A stretch of 64,000 nt of DNA from an uncultured Acidobacteriota bacterium (GCA_963805975.1 CAWDVR010000004.1:64001-128000); one strand, 5' to 3'; shown: positions 1-11,931, numbered from the stretch's first letter. The notes: a model not told the origin generated them from the letters alone. Made by a program: numbers and translations.

Positions 1-2350
<2,350 letters not shown>

Positions 2351-2354
2351 GGCT

Positions 2355-2921
2355 CTACCCCCGTTCGCTCAGCCTCCGGTACAGCCAGGCCCTGGCCGTG
2401 GCCCATTCGCGCTTGATCGTCGCGGCCGAGAGCGCCAGCGTCGCCGCCGTCTCCTCGATGCCGAGCCCGGCGAAGAAGCGCAGCTCGATAATCCGCGCCT
2501 GGCGTTCGTCCAGCCGAGCCAGCTCGCCCAAGGCGGTGTCCAGGTCTTCGAGGTCGACGTCCCGCGACGGAGCGCTGACGATCCCCTCGTCGAGTGTCAC
2601 CCGCACCGCACCGCCGCCCCGCTTGCCGGCGCCGCGCGCCCGTGCCTGGTCGACGAGGAGCTGGCGCATCACCTTCGCCGCCAGCCCGAAAAAGCCGGCG
2701 CGGTCGGCGAACGACAGGCCTTGCTGGCCGGCGAGCTTGAGGTACGCCTCGTTGACCAGCGCCGTCGGCTGCAGAGTTTGGCCTTTCGGCTGGCGCCTCA
2801 TGTAGGCCCCAGCCAGCCGGCGCAGCTCGTCGTAGAGCAACGGCAGGAGCTCCTCGAGCGATTGGGCATCGCCCCCGCCCCGGCGTTGGAGCAGCCGCGT
2901 CACCTCCCCCAAAGGCCTCAT
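2355..2921 (-). CDS. ECF-type RNA polymerase sigma factor (TIGR02999-like)
   Basis: LLPLLYDELRRLAGAYMRRQ, TLQPTALVNEAYLKL, RIIELRFFAGL and TIKREWATARAWL motifs. It ends 4 nt before the kinase start. ATG at 2921 was chosen over the longer ORF start. Confidence 0.92.
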   Translation of the reverse strand: MRPLGEVTRLLQRRGGGDAQSLEELLPLLYDELRRLAGAYMRRQPKGQTLQPTALVNEAYLKLAGQQGLSFADRAGFFGLAAKVMRQLLVDQARARGAGKRGGGAVRVTLDEGIVSAPSRDVDLEDLDTALGELARLDERQARIIELRFFAGLGIEETAATLALSAATIKREWATARAWLYRRLSERG

Positions 2922-3524
2922 GAGCGTTGGTGGGATTCTATGATGAGCCGCGCGGCCAGGCGGCAGCGAGGCGGGAGTCGCTATGGGAATTGACGGCACC
3001 AGGTCCCGACCAGCTTGCAAATTCACCTCAGAAGGGCGGTCGGAACCGAGTCCTCCTACGGCACCTTCTTGACCGAGCGTGAAAGCGGCGGTGCCGGGAA
3101 ACAACCGAGACCGTGCGCCTCTTGAAGCGCACGCTCGAAGCGGCCCCTGTACGTCGTGCGCTTTTCCCACGGCCAACTGTCACGGCACACTCGTGTGCAG
3201 AGGGCCAGGAGATGAAGCCTGCCTCTCGAGTACGGGTCGCTACCGACGCGCGAGAGCACTTTCCCGGCGTTTTTCCTCTGCCGGATAGCAAGGCTGCTGT
3301 AGGCACTCCGAGCGTGCTCGGAGCTTGGTCCTTCGTGTCTCGAAGGCTCGCTGGACACCGTCGTTGCCTCTCAGCGGCACGGCTTTAGAAAGCCACGGAC
3401 GCTCCTACTCTTCACTCTCCGGTCTCGCGCCCGGCAAACCGCAGCACAATGCCCATAGAGCCGCTTGCGAGCGAGGCTTGCCGCAGTGGCCGGCCTTCGG
3501 TGTCGCGGCGGCGAAGGAGGAGCT

Positions 3525-3824
3525 ATGCAGTATCGGAGCTCGAAGCGACTGGCGGCGCTGGTGCTCGTTCTAGCGCTCGTCGCGCCGGCGGCTTGGGCAG
3601 GGCCGGAGGCGGGAGGTTGGTTTCACCTTGGTGGACCGTGGGACTGGCTCTCCAGGGTGATGACCGGGTGGGCAGCGAAGGAGGGTCGGCACACCGCGAC
3701 GAAACATGGGCCCTGTATCATCCCAGACGGCCAAACTATGTGCGCTCCGGCATCTGGCTCTAATCAGCCCGCATTTGATGTAGGCCATCGCTCTGCCCAG
3801 AGCGGAAAGCCTCACGAACACTAA
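3525..3824 (+). CDS. small secreted peptide (99 aa) with signal peptide and GPCIIPDG motif
   Basis: SD AAGGAGG at 3514-3520 before ATG 3525. MQYRSSKRLAALVLVLALVAPAAWA is a Sec-type signal with an AWA cleavage site, followed by a Trp-rich helix and HGPCIIPDGQTMC. Confidence 0.7.
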   Translation: MQYRSSKRLAALVLVLALVAPAAWAGPEAGGWFHLGGPWDWLSRVMTGWAAKEGRHTATKHGPCIIPDGQTMCAPASGSNQPAFDVGHRSAQSGKPHEH

Positions 3825-3913
3825 CGCAGGCGTTCGAGCGGCCTCCCATTGAGGCAGGGAAGGTCTCATAGCCTTCCCTGACCTTTTCCTCCTCTTGTAT
3901 AGTCGCGTTACAG

Positions 3914-5113
3914 ATGCCAGGAAAACGAGGGAGGTACAGGAGGGCCATCCGCCGTGGCCTTGCACGAGGGTTAGAGCGGGCCTGGGCACCACTGCCACCG
4001 GCCGATTTGGAACGAACCTGTGGGTGGCTCGCGAATCTCACCTCCGCAGAGCGAGCACTCTGGGTACGTAACACTCGGCGTGCCGGTCACCCGCAACTGG
4101 TGAGTCATTTGATCGAGAAGAGCTACACGGCTCGACTGACTCAGCCCTCCGCAGCACTGTACTTGGCTCAAGTCGCCGTTGAGACTGCAGAGGCACAAGA
4201 TCTGGGAGTCGAATGGTCCGAGCTTCTGGCTGATCTTCGTGCGCAGGCGTGGGGAAACCTGGCTAACGGATATCGGCTGGTTGAGGATCTCAGGAAGGCG
4301 GAGCATGCTTGGATTCAGGCAGACGAGCGTATGGCGAGCGGGTCCGGTGACCAAGCTCTCGCTGCTGAACTGTTTCGCCGGAAGGGCCTTCTCAGGCTGG
4401 CGCAGGATCGCTTTCCTGAAGCTCTAATTCTGCTGGAAAAATCCGTGGCTTTGAGTGGCCGCGTCGGTGAGATCCATGCTGCTGGAAAGGCGCAGATGGA
4501 ACTGGCGATCACCCACTTCTACGCCGGCGATGCAAAGGCCGCTCTCGCCCAGGTTCCTCTTGCTGCGCAGCAGCTCGATACTCTGGCCGAGCCGGAGATG
4601 GGCCTTGCCCTGATCCACAACACCCTGTTCTTCCTGGAGGCGGATCACCAAGAGCAGCTCGCGCTCGCCTTGGTGGACCGAGCCGACCCCTGGTACAGGG
4701 AGCTCGACTCGCCGCTTCTAGGCCACCGCGCGGGGTGGCTGCGGGGACGGCTACACCTGGCTCTGGGCCACTACCGTACGGCGACGGCCTACCTGGAGGT
4801 GGCCCGGCGCGGGTTCGTGGCGGCCGGCCAACCCTACGATGCGGCCCTCACGGGTTTCGACCTCGGTCTGGCCTGGACCCACCTCGGTGGCCACTACCGC
4901 GTGGCGCACATGGCGCAGGAGATGCACTCCGTGTTCGTGGCGCAGGAGATCCCACGCGAGGCTGCGGCCACGCTCCTCCTCTTCGCCGACGCAGCCAAGC
5001 AGCAGCGGCTCAATCTGACCTTGATGCGCCAGCTCGCCCAGAAGCTCGAACCGTTGCGGAGGCCCGGCGCCCGGCCGGAGCCCACGCCCGCCGACAACGG
5101 CGAGCTCTCCTGA
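3914..5113 (+). CDS. TPR-like helical repeat protein
   Basis: 399-aa Ala/Leu-rich ORF with TPR-type helices (AQAWGNLANGYRL, RFPEALILLEKS, GRLHLALGHYRTA). Confidence 0.8.
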   Translation: MPGKRGRYRRAIRRGLARGLERAWAPLPPADLERTCGWLANLTSAERALWVRNTRRAGHPQLVSHLIEKSYTARLTQPSAALYLAQVAVETAEAQDLGVEWSELLADLRAQAWGNLANGYRLVEDLRKAEHAWIQADERMASGSGDQALAAELFRRKGLLRLAQDRFPEALILLEKSVALSGRVGEIHAAGKAQMELAITHFYAGDAKAALAQVPLAAQQLDTLAEPEMGLALIHNTLFFLEADHQEQLALALVDRADPWYRELDSPLLGHRAGWLRGRLHLALGHYRTATAYLEVARRGFVAAGQPYDAALTGFDLGLAWTHLGGHYRVAHMAQEMHSVFVAQEIPREAAATLLLFADAAKQQRLNLTLMRQLAQKLEPLRRPGARPEPTPADNGELS

Positions 5114-5129
5114 AACCTCCGCGTAAGCG

Positions 5130-5879
5130 TCAGTCGGCTGGAGGCTCGGCCGGCGGACCGTTCTCCGGCTCGCCGTTCGGGGCCTTCTCGGGCTCCGGCT
5201 GGCTCTTCTTCAGGCGCTCACGGCGTAGGAGAAAGCCCTCATCGGTCTTCTGCACCACGGACTCGAGCAGGACCAGCAGGTTCTCGCGCTCGAGGCGCCT
5301 CGCGGGAGACTCGGGCTCGGGCAGGAAGAGAGCGAGAAACATCCGGCCGGGGTCCGCTTCCAGGGCTTCGATCGTGCCCAGGACGTGAAAGAAGGTGAGC
5401 TGGGACTCGCCCCGGAGTGCCTGCCCGAGAGCTGTCGAGCCGAGCCCCAGGCTCCTGGAGATCGAGCTCGTCGTCCGGCCTCCCCGTCGGATCTCCCGCT
5501 TGAGCCACTCCCCCAGGCGCAGGCTGTACTCCCTGGGGCTTGCGCTCCCCACCTTCCGGAACTGCTCGCGGATCGCCTCTTCGAGAGTCATCACACCGGG
5601 TAGGTCGAAGGGGCTTCCTGCACCGGCCGCGTAGAGCCCAGCCTGGCTGCCCCCGAAGGGATAGACCGCGCGGAAGAACTCGTAAGGCACCGTCCCCAGG
5701 TGCGCCAGTACCTCGAAGACCACCTCGACCCGCAAGGGCCGATGGCCGTTGAAGCACCGCGTGAGAAAGGTGGAGTGCCAGCCGAGTGCGAGGGAGACGG
5801 CGCGGGCGGAGGTCTTGTGGTCCCGCAACCACGCTTGGAGAGCTTTTCCCAGAGCCAAGGCCCCGGAGTGGGATTTCAT
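5130..5879 (-). CDS. transcriptional regulator with two tandem XRE-like HTH domains
   Basis: Internal repeat: GKALQAWLRDHKTSARAVSLALGWHSTFLTRCFNGHRPLRVEVVFEVLAHLG versus GEWLKREIRRGGRTTSSISRSLGLGSTALGQALRGESQLTFFHVLGTIEALE. The start could be 5879 or 5924. Confidence 0.75.
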   Translation of the reverse strand: MKSHSGALALGKALQAWLRDHKTSARAVSLALGWHSTFLTRCFNGHRPLRVEVVFEVLAHLGTVPYEFFRAVYPFGGSQAGLYAAGAGSPFDLPGVMTLEEAIREQFRKVGSASPREYSLRLGEWLKREIRRGGRTTSSISRSLGLGSTALGQALRGESQLTFFHVLGTIEALEADPGRMFLALFLPEPESPARRLERENLLVLLESVVQKTDEGFLLRRERLKKSQPEPEKAPNGEPENGPPAEPPAD

Positions 5880-5880
5880 C

Positions 5881-5960
5881 GGAGCTTTTATATCACGGGC
5901 CAATTCGGCCATAATCGACCCCATATGCCTGCTAATGGTAATTAGTGTCGTGCTGGCGTG
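5881..5960. promoter_or_regulatory. AT-richer divergent promoter region with short inverted repeat CTAAT-N4-ATTAG (5932-5945)
   Basis: Local drop in GC between the divergent HTH gene and the PCD-like operon. The inverted repeat is read directly; its operator role is inferred. Confidence 0.3.
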
Positions 5961-6333
5961 CCTTTCGCTTCGAGGTAAGAAAGAGGGCCACGATGCAATC
6001 CCAAGCGAGCACAAGACCCGGCTCGAACCCGAGCGGACAGGAGGTTGCCGAGCGCCGCCCCTGCGCAGGGATGCGGCAGAACCGCAACCGCGACTCTCAG
6101 CTCGCGTCTCAGAAGTCAAAGACTCAGCACACCCTTCTCCTCCTGGGCCGCGGCGGCCCTTGTCGTTCCCCTTCTTCGGACACTGGCCGCAAAGGCCGGC
6201 GCAGTCCCCACCGTCCTCAGCGAAAGCCCTGGTTCCTTCGATCCTGCCGCCGTGGCCTGGGGGGAGCCTAGGGTTCTACCGCGGAGCTCGGAGCTGGCGG
6301 CGGCTTACCGTCTCTCGCCTGCCCGGTGAGCCG

Positions 6334-6792
6334 ATGAGCGACGAGCCCGAGAGCCTCGAGCCTCCCCGCCCCGTGACCTTGGTCGGCCGGGCGCTCCGGG
6401 AGAGCCTCGCCACGCTTCCGGGCTGGAGGCCAACGGCCGGCTGCCGGCAGCTCCACCAGATCTGGCAGTTCCAATCCAAGACCGAAGCCTCGGCCTTCGT
6501 GGTCATGGTGGTGGCTCTCTGCTTCGCACGGCGGATGCTGCCGGACCACTCGTTGTTCGGCACCACGGTGACCTTCCGGCTCGGCGACTCGGAGGCGCGT
6601 GGCATCACGGCCCGCTTGGTGGAGCTCGCGCGGCTGATCTCGACTCTGGCGGAACCTGCGGGCAACCGCTGGCGGCTGCGCCCAGGGATTGTCGAGCGGC
6701 TCGCGGAAGAGGCTTGCGAGCCTTCGGCCGGTGGTACGGCGCCGCACCCTCCCCCCTCGAACTCGATCGAAGAGGAAACGAAGGAACCATGA
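6334..6792 (+). CDS. pterin-4-alpha-carbinolamine dehydratase (PCD/PhhB)-fold protein lacking the HHP motif
   Basis: LATLPGW...LHQIWQF..KTEASAFV..V......RMLPD.....TVTFRL....RGITARLVELARLI follows the PCD pattern, with RMLPD where HHPD is expected. Confidence 0.62.
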   Translation: MSDEPESLEPPRPVTLVGRALRESLATLPGWRPTAGCRQLHQIWQFQSKTEASAFVVMVVALCFARRMLPDHSLFGTTVTFRLGDSEARGITARLVELARLISTLAEPAGNRWRLRPGIVERLAEEACEPSAGGTAPHPPPSNSIEEETKEP

Positions 6793-6971
6793 GGCACCGT
6801 CCACTGCGACCCCTGCGCTCGACCGCAACGACTCCGGGTCTCGCCCTGATCCTCTCGGCTGGCCTCGCCGACGGTTGGCTTCTCGCCAGCTCCAGGGCCT
6901 TGGCGGAGCATCCGGAGGCCGAGGGACTCGGTCTCTGGCTTTCGGCGAGAGCCGCGGGCGCGACGCCATGA
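6789..6971 (+). CDS. small hypothetical protein (60 aa)
   Basis: ATGA start/stop overlaps with both neighbours (6789-6792 and 6968-6971) and an upstream AAGGA. Confidence 0.45.
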   Translation: MRHRPLRPLRSTATTPGLALILSAGLADGWLLASSRALAEHPEAEGLGLWLSARAAGATP

Positions 6972-7342
6972 ATGGCACAGCAGGGAGCCCCATAAACGGC
7001 GCGGGACCCCCCGTCCCCAGCCGCTCCGAGACCCTGGTGCTGTGGACCACCGCAGCCAACGGAGACCTCGAGCACACGTTCTTCTTTGGGTCGGTCACGC
7101 TCGCGACGCCGTTCGCCGTCACAGCGATGCTACTCGCCAACTTCGCTTCCGTGAGGTATCGGCTCGAGGCGGACGCCGAGACGGTGACGGTGCGGATCAA
7201 GGGGAGCGAGCGGGAGGTGGACTCCGAGGCCGTGCTCTTCGCCGACAAGCTCCAGGCGCTCTTTCGCCAGCAAGACCCGCGGGGCCTCCTCGCCGAGGTG
7301 GCGACGAAGCAGGGCACTCGGCGCCGGAACCAGGCGTCATGA
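6968..7342 (+). CDS. second, more divergent PCD-fold-like protein
   Basis: LWTTAANGDLEHTFFFGSVTLATPFAVTAMLLANF...RLEADAETVTVRI....VDSEAVLFADKLQAL has the W / LxxxFxF / AxxF / VTVxI / AxxL spacing of PCD but no catalytic His pair. ATGA overlaps on both sides. Confidence 0.45.
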   Translation: MNGTAGSPINGAGPPVPSRSETLVLWTTAANGDLEHTFFFGSVTLATPFAVTAMLLANFASVRYRLEADAETVTVRIKGSEREVDSEAVLFADKLQALFRQQDPRGLLAEVATKQGTRRRNQAS

Positions 7343-8270
7343 GCATCGGTAGAGCCGCTCCAGGCCACGTCTCGATCGAGAGCTTCCGGTCGATGCGCGC
7401 TGGGAAGCTGGCGCCGGTCCAGCTCCTCGACGAGCTCCTCGCCCACCTCACGGAGGTCTGCCCCGGCTGCGCGGGCGAGTTGGAGGGCTCGCAATCGATG
7501 CCTTGGGGGGCGAGCTACAGGAGGCGGTCGAGAGGGGCTTGGAAGCAGCTCTTAGAGACGTGCCCGAGTCGCCCCCCGTCTCGTGGCAGACCATGGTGGA
7601 TACCTACCTAGCCCTGCCGCACGCCTCGCGTCTCGCCCTCCTCGAAACCGATCCTTGGGCCACGCGGGTGGAGCTGGCGCTCGCTTTGGTCGAACGAGCT
7701 CGAGACCTCGTCGCCGAGTCGCGAAGCGAGGCCCGCGAGCTGGTGGAGCTGGCCTTCGCGGCCGCGGGCCACGCCGCCAACGAGACACAAGCCCTGGACT
7801 CGGCTCCTCAGCTCGCGGTCGTGGATGCTCTGACCGGTGCCTGGGCCGTGCGCGCAGAGGCGGACCTTCTCGACGAGCGCCCGCGGACGGCGCAGGAGGC
7901 CCTCCTCACCGCCCAGCTCCTGCTGCTCTGCGGCTCGGGAGACCCCAACGTGATTGGTGCCCTGGCGATGACCCAGGCGCTCTTCGAATGGAAAGAGGAC
8001 GACACCGAGGCGAGCGTCCAGCTCCTCACCGAGGCGGCGGGACTCTTCCGGAGCGCCGGCGAGCCACGGCGCGAGGCCCTGGCCTGGGTGCGGCTCGCCG
8101 TCGTGCTCGAACACGCGGACCTCGGAGCAGAAGCCGAGCAGGCGTGGGCACGGGTCCAAGAGATCGGCCGGCGGGAAGGCTTCGAGACCAACGCGCGTCC
8201 CAACGACACCCTCCTTCGGGATCTCCTGGAGCACCTCAGCGAGGAAGAGCTGGGAGGGGAGCCGTCGTGA
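7339..8270 (+). CDS. TPR-like protein with N-terminal HLxxxCxxC zinc-binding (anti-sigma-like) motif; one frameshift near 7500
   Basis: MSIGRAAPGHVS...LLAHLTEVCPGC continues, after a shift near the G-run at ~7505, into ORF 7503-8270. That part aligns by eye with 3914-5113 (AW...A...GSGD block). Confidence 0.65.
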
Positions 8271-9352
8271 GGAAAGGCTACTGTGGCCGGTCCTCTGACC
8301 CCGGAAGGCGATGCCGCGCCGTAGCGTCAGCGCGGAGCACCGGGCCATAGCCGACCGCTGCCTGGCAGCCCCACCCGAAGGTGGATGGGGCTGTGTCCGA
8401 GCCTGGCGAGCCTGATCGGCCACCCTCTCCGAGCTCAGCTGCCCCAAGCAGGACTTCACGAGAAGTCGGAAGCAGCGTCAGCCCAGCTCCATAGCCTCAC
8501 GCGCATGGACGTATTTGACAGCGTAGAACTAGCTAGGCAGAGTCTCCATCGCTACCAGCAGAGGAGTCATGCGGAACGAGTGAAGGGGCGGCCAGACTTG
8601 GGCGGGTCCATGCGACCGACTGTCGCTGCTCCTCCCCAGAACGGGAGTGGGAGGTAGCCAGGCGAGATGACCTCGCTTCTTTCATCCTCAAGCTGCGCGC
8701 TGGGGCGCAGGCTTGGGACGACCTTGTCGCAGAAGATCCCGCACGCTCTGCGTCCGGGCCATGTCGCAGAACCCGCTGACGGCTACCGTGGCGAACGGGA
8801 TCAACGTCCACACCGGCTGGAGTTCGATCGCGCCCAACGCCGCCGCCGGACAGGAGCCAACGCGGCAGAATCCTGTCGCAGAAGCTCCAACTGTCCTACC
8901 GCCCTTGACAGATGCTTTCGCGTCCGCGCCCGGCCAGGCACTAGCCTCGGCAGTTGAAAATCCGCCGGCTCAGTAGGTTACGCGACGGTATCTGATTGCC
9001 GGGGCTCTGTCAGGGGATCACCAAGACTTCTTGGAAGGTCGGGCGCCGCCAGGAAGGCCCGGATGCGCCACTCCGCGTCGCGTTGCTTCCCACAGAGCTG
9101 GGTGTAGAGTGATGCCAACTGATGGGAGGCCAAGGAGTTGAGGACGGCTCGATACCTGAGCCTCTCGCAGCCAAAGCGACTCTCCACGTCGGGCGAACAC
9201 CATTCGAGTCGATGTCGCGTAAACCATGAGGTCTGAGTTCGGGCGTCTGATCTACCGGGGCAGTCTCCTCTGAGCGCGACATGCGACGTCAGGACGACTG
9301 GAGCAGTGTGAACCCTACGGCTGCATGAGACCAGAAGATGAGAATTCTCAAC

Positions 9353-10126
9353 ATGAGTCAGGAGCGAGCGCATGGAGCAGCGGGTCGAAGAGTAGAGGCA
9401 CAGCTCCGGAAGGAGTTTCGTCGATACGTTCAGCTCTTTGACCGAGCATGCGATCTTGCGCGGAGGGTTCTCGAGCACTCCGGTGTGCAGCCGGACGACA
9501 TGCAGCAGTTGGTCTGTGCAGCGCTACTCGGCCGCTTGCTCAGGGCAGCGCAGGCGGGAGTGCTTCTGGCTCTTCGGGGTCTTCAGCATGATTCGATTGC
9601 ATCTCTACGCGTTTCCCTGGAAGTCTTGGCCTACCTCAAGAGATGCAGCGACAGCAAGGAGTTCCTGGACGCTTACCGAAAGAGCGATCTGGTTCGGAAG
9701 CTCAAGCTTGCGCGGGCTAGCCAGAGGGTATCCAGCAAGACCCCAGAGGAGATCGCAACTTATCAGAAGTATGAAAAGCATTGGAAGTCTCTCACAGACA
9801 AGGCCGATGCCAAGGCGCTGAAACTGGAGCAGGTTTTGAGCGACGCTGGCATGAGCGATCACTACAACACGGTCTATCGGTTGACGAGCGACGCGATTCA
9901 TGCGCTTCCTCGCATTCTCGACGATCTAGCGGTGAACACTGACGGCCGCCTGTCAGGTCTTGATTTCGGCCCGAGGACTGATCGCTTCGTACTGAACGTG
10001 GTCTCGTTCACCGAATTCCTCTTGGACGGCATCGAGCACTTCTCCAGCGTTGTATCGGTCGAGGAGAGCGAACGTCTTTCGAGGATCCGAAGAGATCTTG
10101 CCAGGGCAGCACCCGCCTGGCAATGA
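9353..10126 (+). CDS. DUF5677-like hypothetical protein; probable integron cassette ORF
   Basis: LRVSLEVLAYL...YNTVYRLTSDAIH pattern, lower GC than the flanking core genes, and an attC site downstream. Confidence 0.65.
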   Translation: MSQERAHGAAGRRVEAQLRKEFRRYVQLFDRACDLARRVLEHSGVQPDDMQQLVCAALLGRLLRAAQAGVLLALRGLQHDSIASLRVSLEVLAYLKRCSDSKEFLDAYRKSDLVRKLKLARASQRVSSKTPEEIATYQKYEKHWKSLTDKADAKALKLEQVLSDAGMSDHYNTVYRLTSDAIHALPRILDDLAVNTDGRLSGLDFGPRTDRFVLNVVSFTEFLLDGIEHFSSVVSVEESERLSRIRRDLARAAPAWQ

Positions 10127-10195
10127 GACCTGGCTCCTGCTGCGATCTGTACTTGTGTAGGCGAGCCTCATCGAAGGGTTTGAAGTGACCGAGGC

Positions 10196-10273
10196 GCCGA
10201 ACAAAGCTACTGCAGCGGTCGACGCACTCCGCTACGCTCCGCACGCCGCCGCTGAGTAGCCAAGCCGTTAGAT
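10196..10273 (+). mobile_element. integron attC recombination site (78 bp)
   Basis: R'' GCCGAAC at 10196-10202, inner arms GCTACTGCAGCGG and CCGCTGAGTAGC with the characteristic unpaired base, and R' GTTAGAT at 10267-10273. The next ORF starts 13 nt later. Confidence 0.85.
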
Positions 10274-10286
10274 GCACTGAACGAAC

Positions 10287-10634
10287 ATGACAGTCGGGCA
10301 GGACGACACGATCGATTTCGTGGCTCATGATCCGGGTCGCGACGAGGTGTTGCTCGTGATGGTTCAAGACGAGGCGTGGGGTGACTCCGGACTCCAGCTT
10401 CCCGCTCTCCAGGCCAAGTTCAATACCTACCTTGCCTACGCGACCGCGGGGCGCCTCGCCATCGACTATCCGGATCACAAGGGCAAGCGCGTCCATATAC
10501 AACTACGTTCCACGCACCCGTCCGGTGAGCGCGAGTTGGCGTTTCTGCGAATCGTGGCAGGGCATCATCTCAAGCCGGCCGGCATCCGATTATCGTGGAA
10601 GGTCATAGGTCACAATGGTGAGCACGGCATCTGA
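10287..10634 (+). CDS. DUF6572-like protein; integron gene cassette
   Basis: IDFVAHDP...VLLVMVQDEAW...LQAKFNTYLAY...G pattern. It is bounded by GTTAGATGC upstream and the near-complement GCATCTGAC overlapping its stop. Confidence 0.75.
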   Translation: MTVGQDDTIDFVAHDPGRDEVLLVMVQDEAWGDSGLQLPALQAKFNTYLAYATAGRLAIDYPDHKGKRVHIQLRSTHPSGERELAFLRIVAGHHLKPAGIRLSWKVIGHNGEHGI

Positions 10635-10640
10635 CTCGTA

Positions 10641-10725
10641 TGAGGCCCCCGACTGTCAAGGGCAAGACGCTCCAGCGGCGACATCCGGGTCGGTAGGTCG
10701 CTTGGGAGGCAGAAGTCGGTGAGAG
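10641..10725 (-). mobile_element. putative IS1111/IS110-family right-end remnant, copy A, abutting an attC R'' box
   Basis: 67/85 identical (manual alignment) to the reverse complement of 11932-12015. The minus strand ends CTTGACAGTCGGGGGCCTCATA. It starts 5 nt after the R''-like ATCTGAC (10629-10635). Confidence 0.55.
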
Positions 10726-11054
10726 CGTAGGCTCGGGGACTAGCAGAGCGAGCGAGATCCTTTGCGAATTCTTCTACGGAAAGCGGAGGTGGAGCGGGTG
10801 TCTAATCCACCCGAGGGGCTGCCACGCTACAGGCCAAGATCGTCCTGACCGCCCATGGGCGTCTGCTGGATACAGCTCCTCACTACCACCCACAGTCGAG
10901 GAAGTGGTCGATCCCCAAGGGAGGAGGCATTGGCCCGCCCGGAGGGCAGGATTGCCGAAGCTAGTGCGTGGCACACGGGATGACTCTGCTAGACGTGCGG
11001 TGCGGCTGCCCTACCACCTCGAGGGCTCAACCTCCGGCCATCCTCCGGTGCGCT

Positions 11055-11918
11055 TCACTCCGAATAATCGACCGCAACCGGCAGGGTAGCTCGATAGTGC
11101 TCGACGCGTTCCTGGAGATACTGTCGGTAGATCGGGAAGCGGGGGTCGTCAGTGCAGTAGAGATCGCCGTAGCAGTCTAGATGAAGAAAGGTGAGTAGGT
11201 CCAGCATGGCAGGTCCGGGTACGGGCTTAGGCAGCTCTGCTCCGATCGGTATGCATACGAGATCGAGCAACCGTTCCTCCGCGGTCTCCTCAAGCGAGAC
11301 CTTTGGACAGTAGTAGGGGAACTCAAGCCTCAGCGCGCGTAAGCCGAGCCCTGAAGCATTGATCCGGAAGCGCTCAAATAGTGCATTCCGTCGCCTCCGC
11401 TTGCCGTCCGTCCTGCGAACAGACCCCTCCTCGATCTCGAAGAGCAGAAAATCGCACTTCCGGCCGCCGCCGAGCAGTATGCGCCGAAGCAACCGCAACA
11501 GGCGAGGCCCCGCGGACACGTTAGCAGCCGGCACCGATGGATTGATTCCATGGTAGCTGATGATCGCATTGGCCCTGTCAGGATAGAAGTGGCACAAGAG
11601 GAGACCGACAACGTCGTCATGGTGCTTCGCCACCAGGACGATGTTCTCGGCGCGTACATGCCTCTTGGCCGAGAATGCTTCCGTTGGATCGATGAACTCC
11701 AGAAGATCGTCCGGCGAGTAGTTCGCGGCGTCGGGCACGAAGAGGAGTTCGTAGAGATCTAGAACTCCTCTGATGTCGGCGTCCTCGCGGCTTGTGATGC
11801 GTCTCACACTTACACGATCACGAATTCTGTTCTCCCAGAGATAGGCCGCAAGAATGGCCGCTGCGACTGTGGCGATAGGTTCAGTGATCACGGTATCCGA
11901 GCTCCTCCTGCCAGTCAT
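11055..11918 (-). CDS. hypothetical protein with GNAT-like fold
   Basis: 287-aa ORF with LDLYELLF, IVLVAKHHDDVVGLLLCHFY, IISYHGI and LLFEIE segments resembling GNAT strands. Confidence 0.55.
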   Translation of the reverse strand: MTGRRSSDTVITEPIATVAAAILAAYLWENRIRDRVSVRRITSREDADIRGVLDLYELLFVPDAANYSPDDLLEFIDPTEAFSAKRHVRAENIVLVAKHHDDVVGLLLCHFYPDRANAIISYHGINPSVPAANVSAGPRLLRLLRRILLGGGRKCDFLLFEIEEGSVRRTDGKRRRRNALFERFRINASGLGLRALRLEFPYYCPKVSLEETAEERLLDLVCIPIGAELPKPVPGPAMLDLLTFLHLDCYGDLYCTDDPRFPIYRQYLQERVEHYRATLPVAVDYSE

Positions 11919-11931
11919 GGAAGACTTATTA

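Noticed and set aside
3306-3346. Hairpins CTCCGAGC-GT-GCTCGGAG and CCTTCG-N5-CGAAGG upstream of the peptide gene
   Set aside because: Short GC-rich inverted repeats are common at this base composition and there is no second copy to support an operator role.
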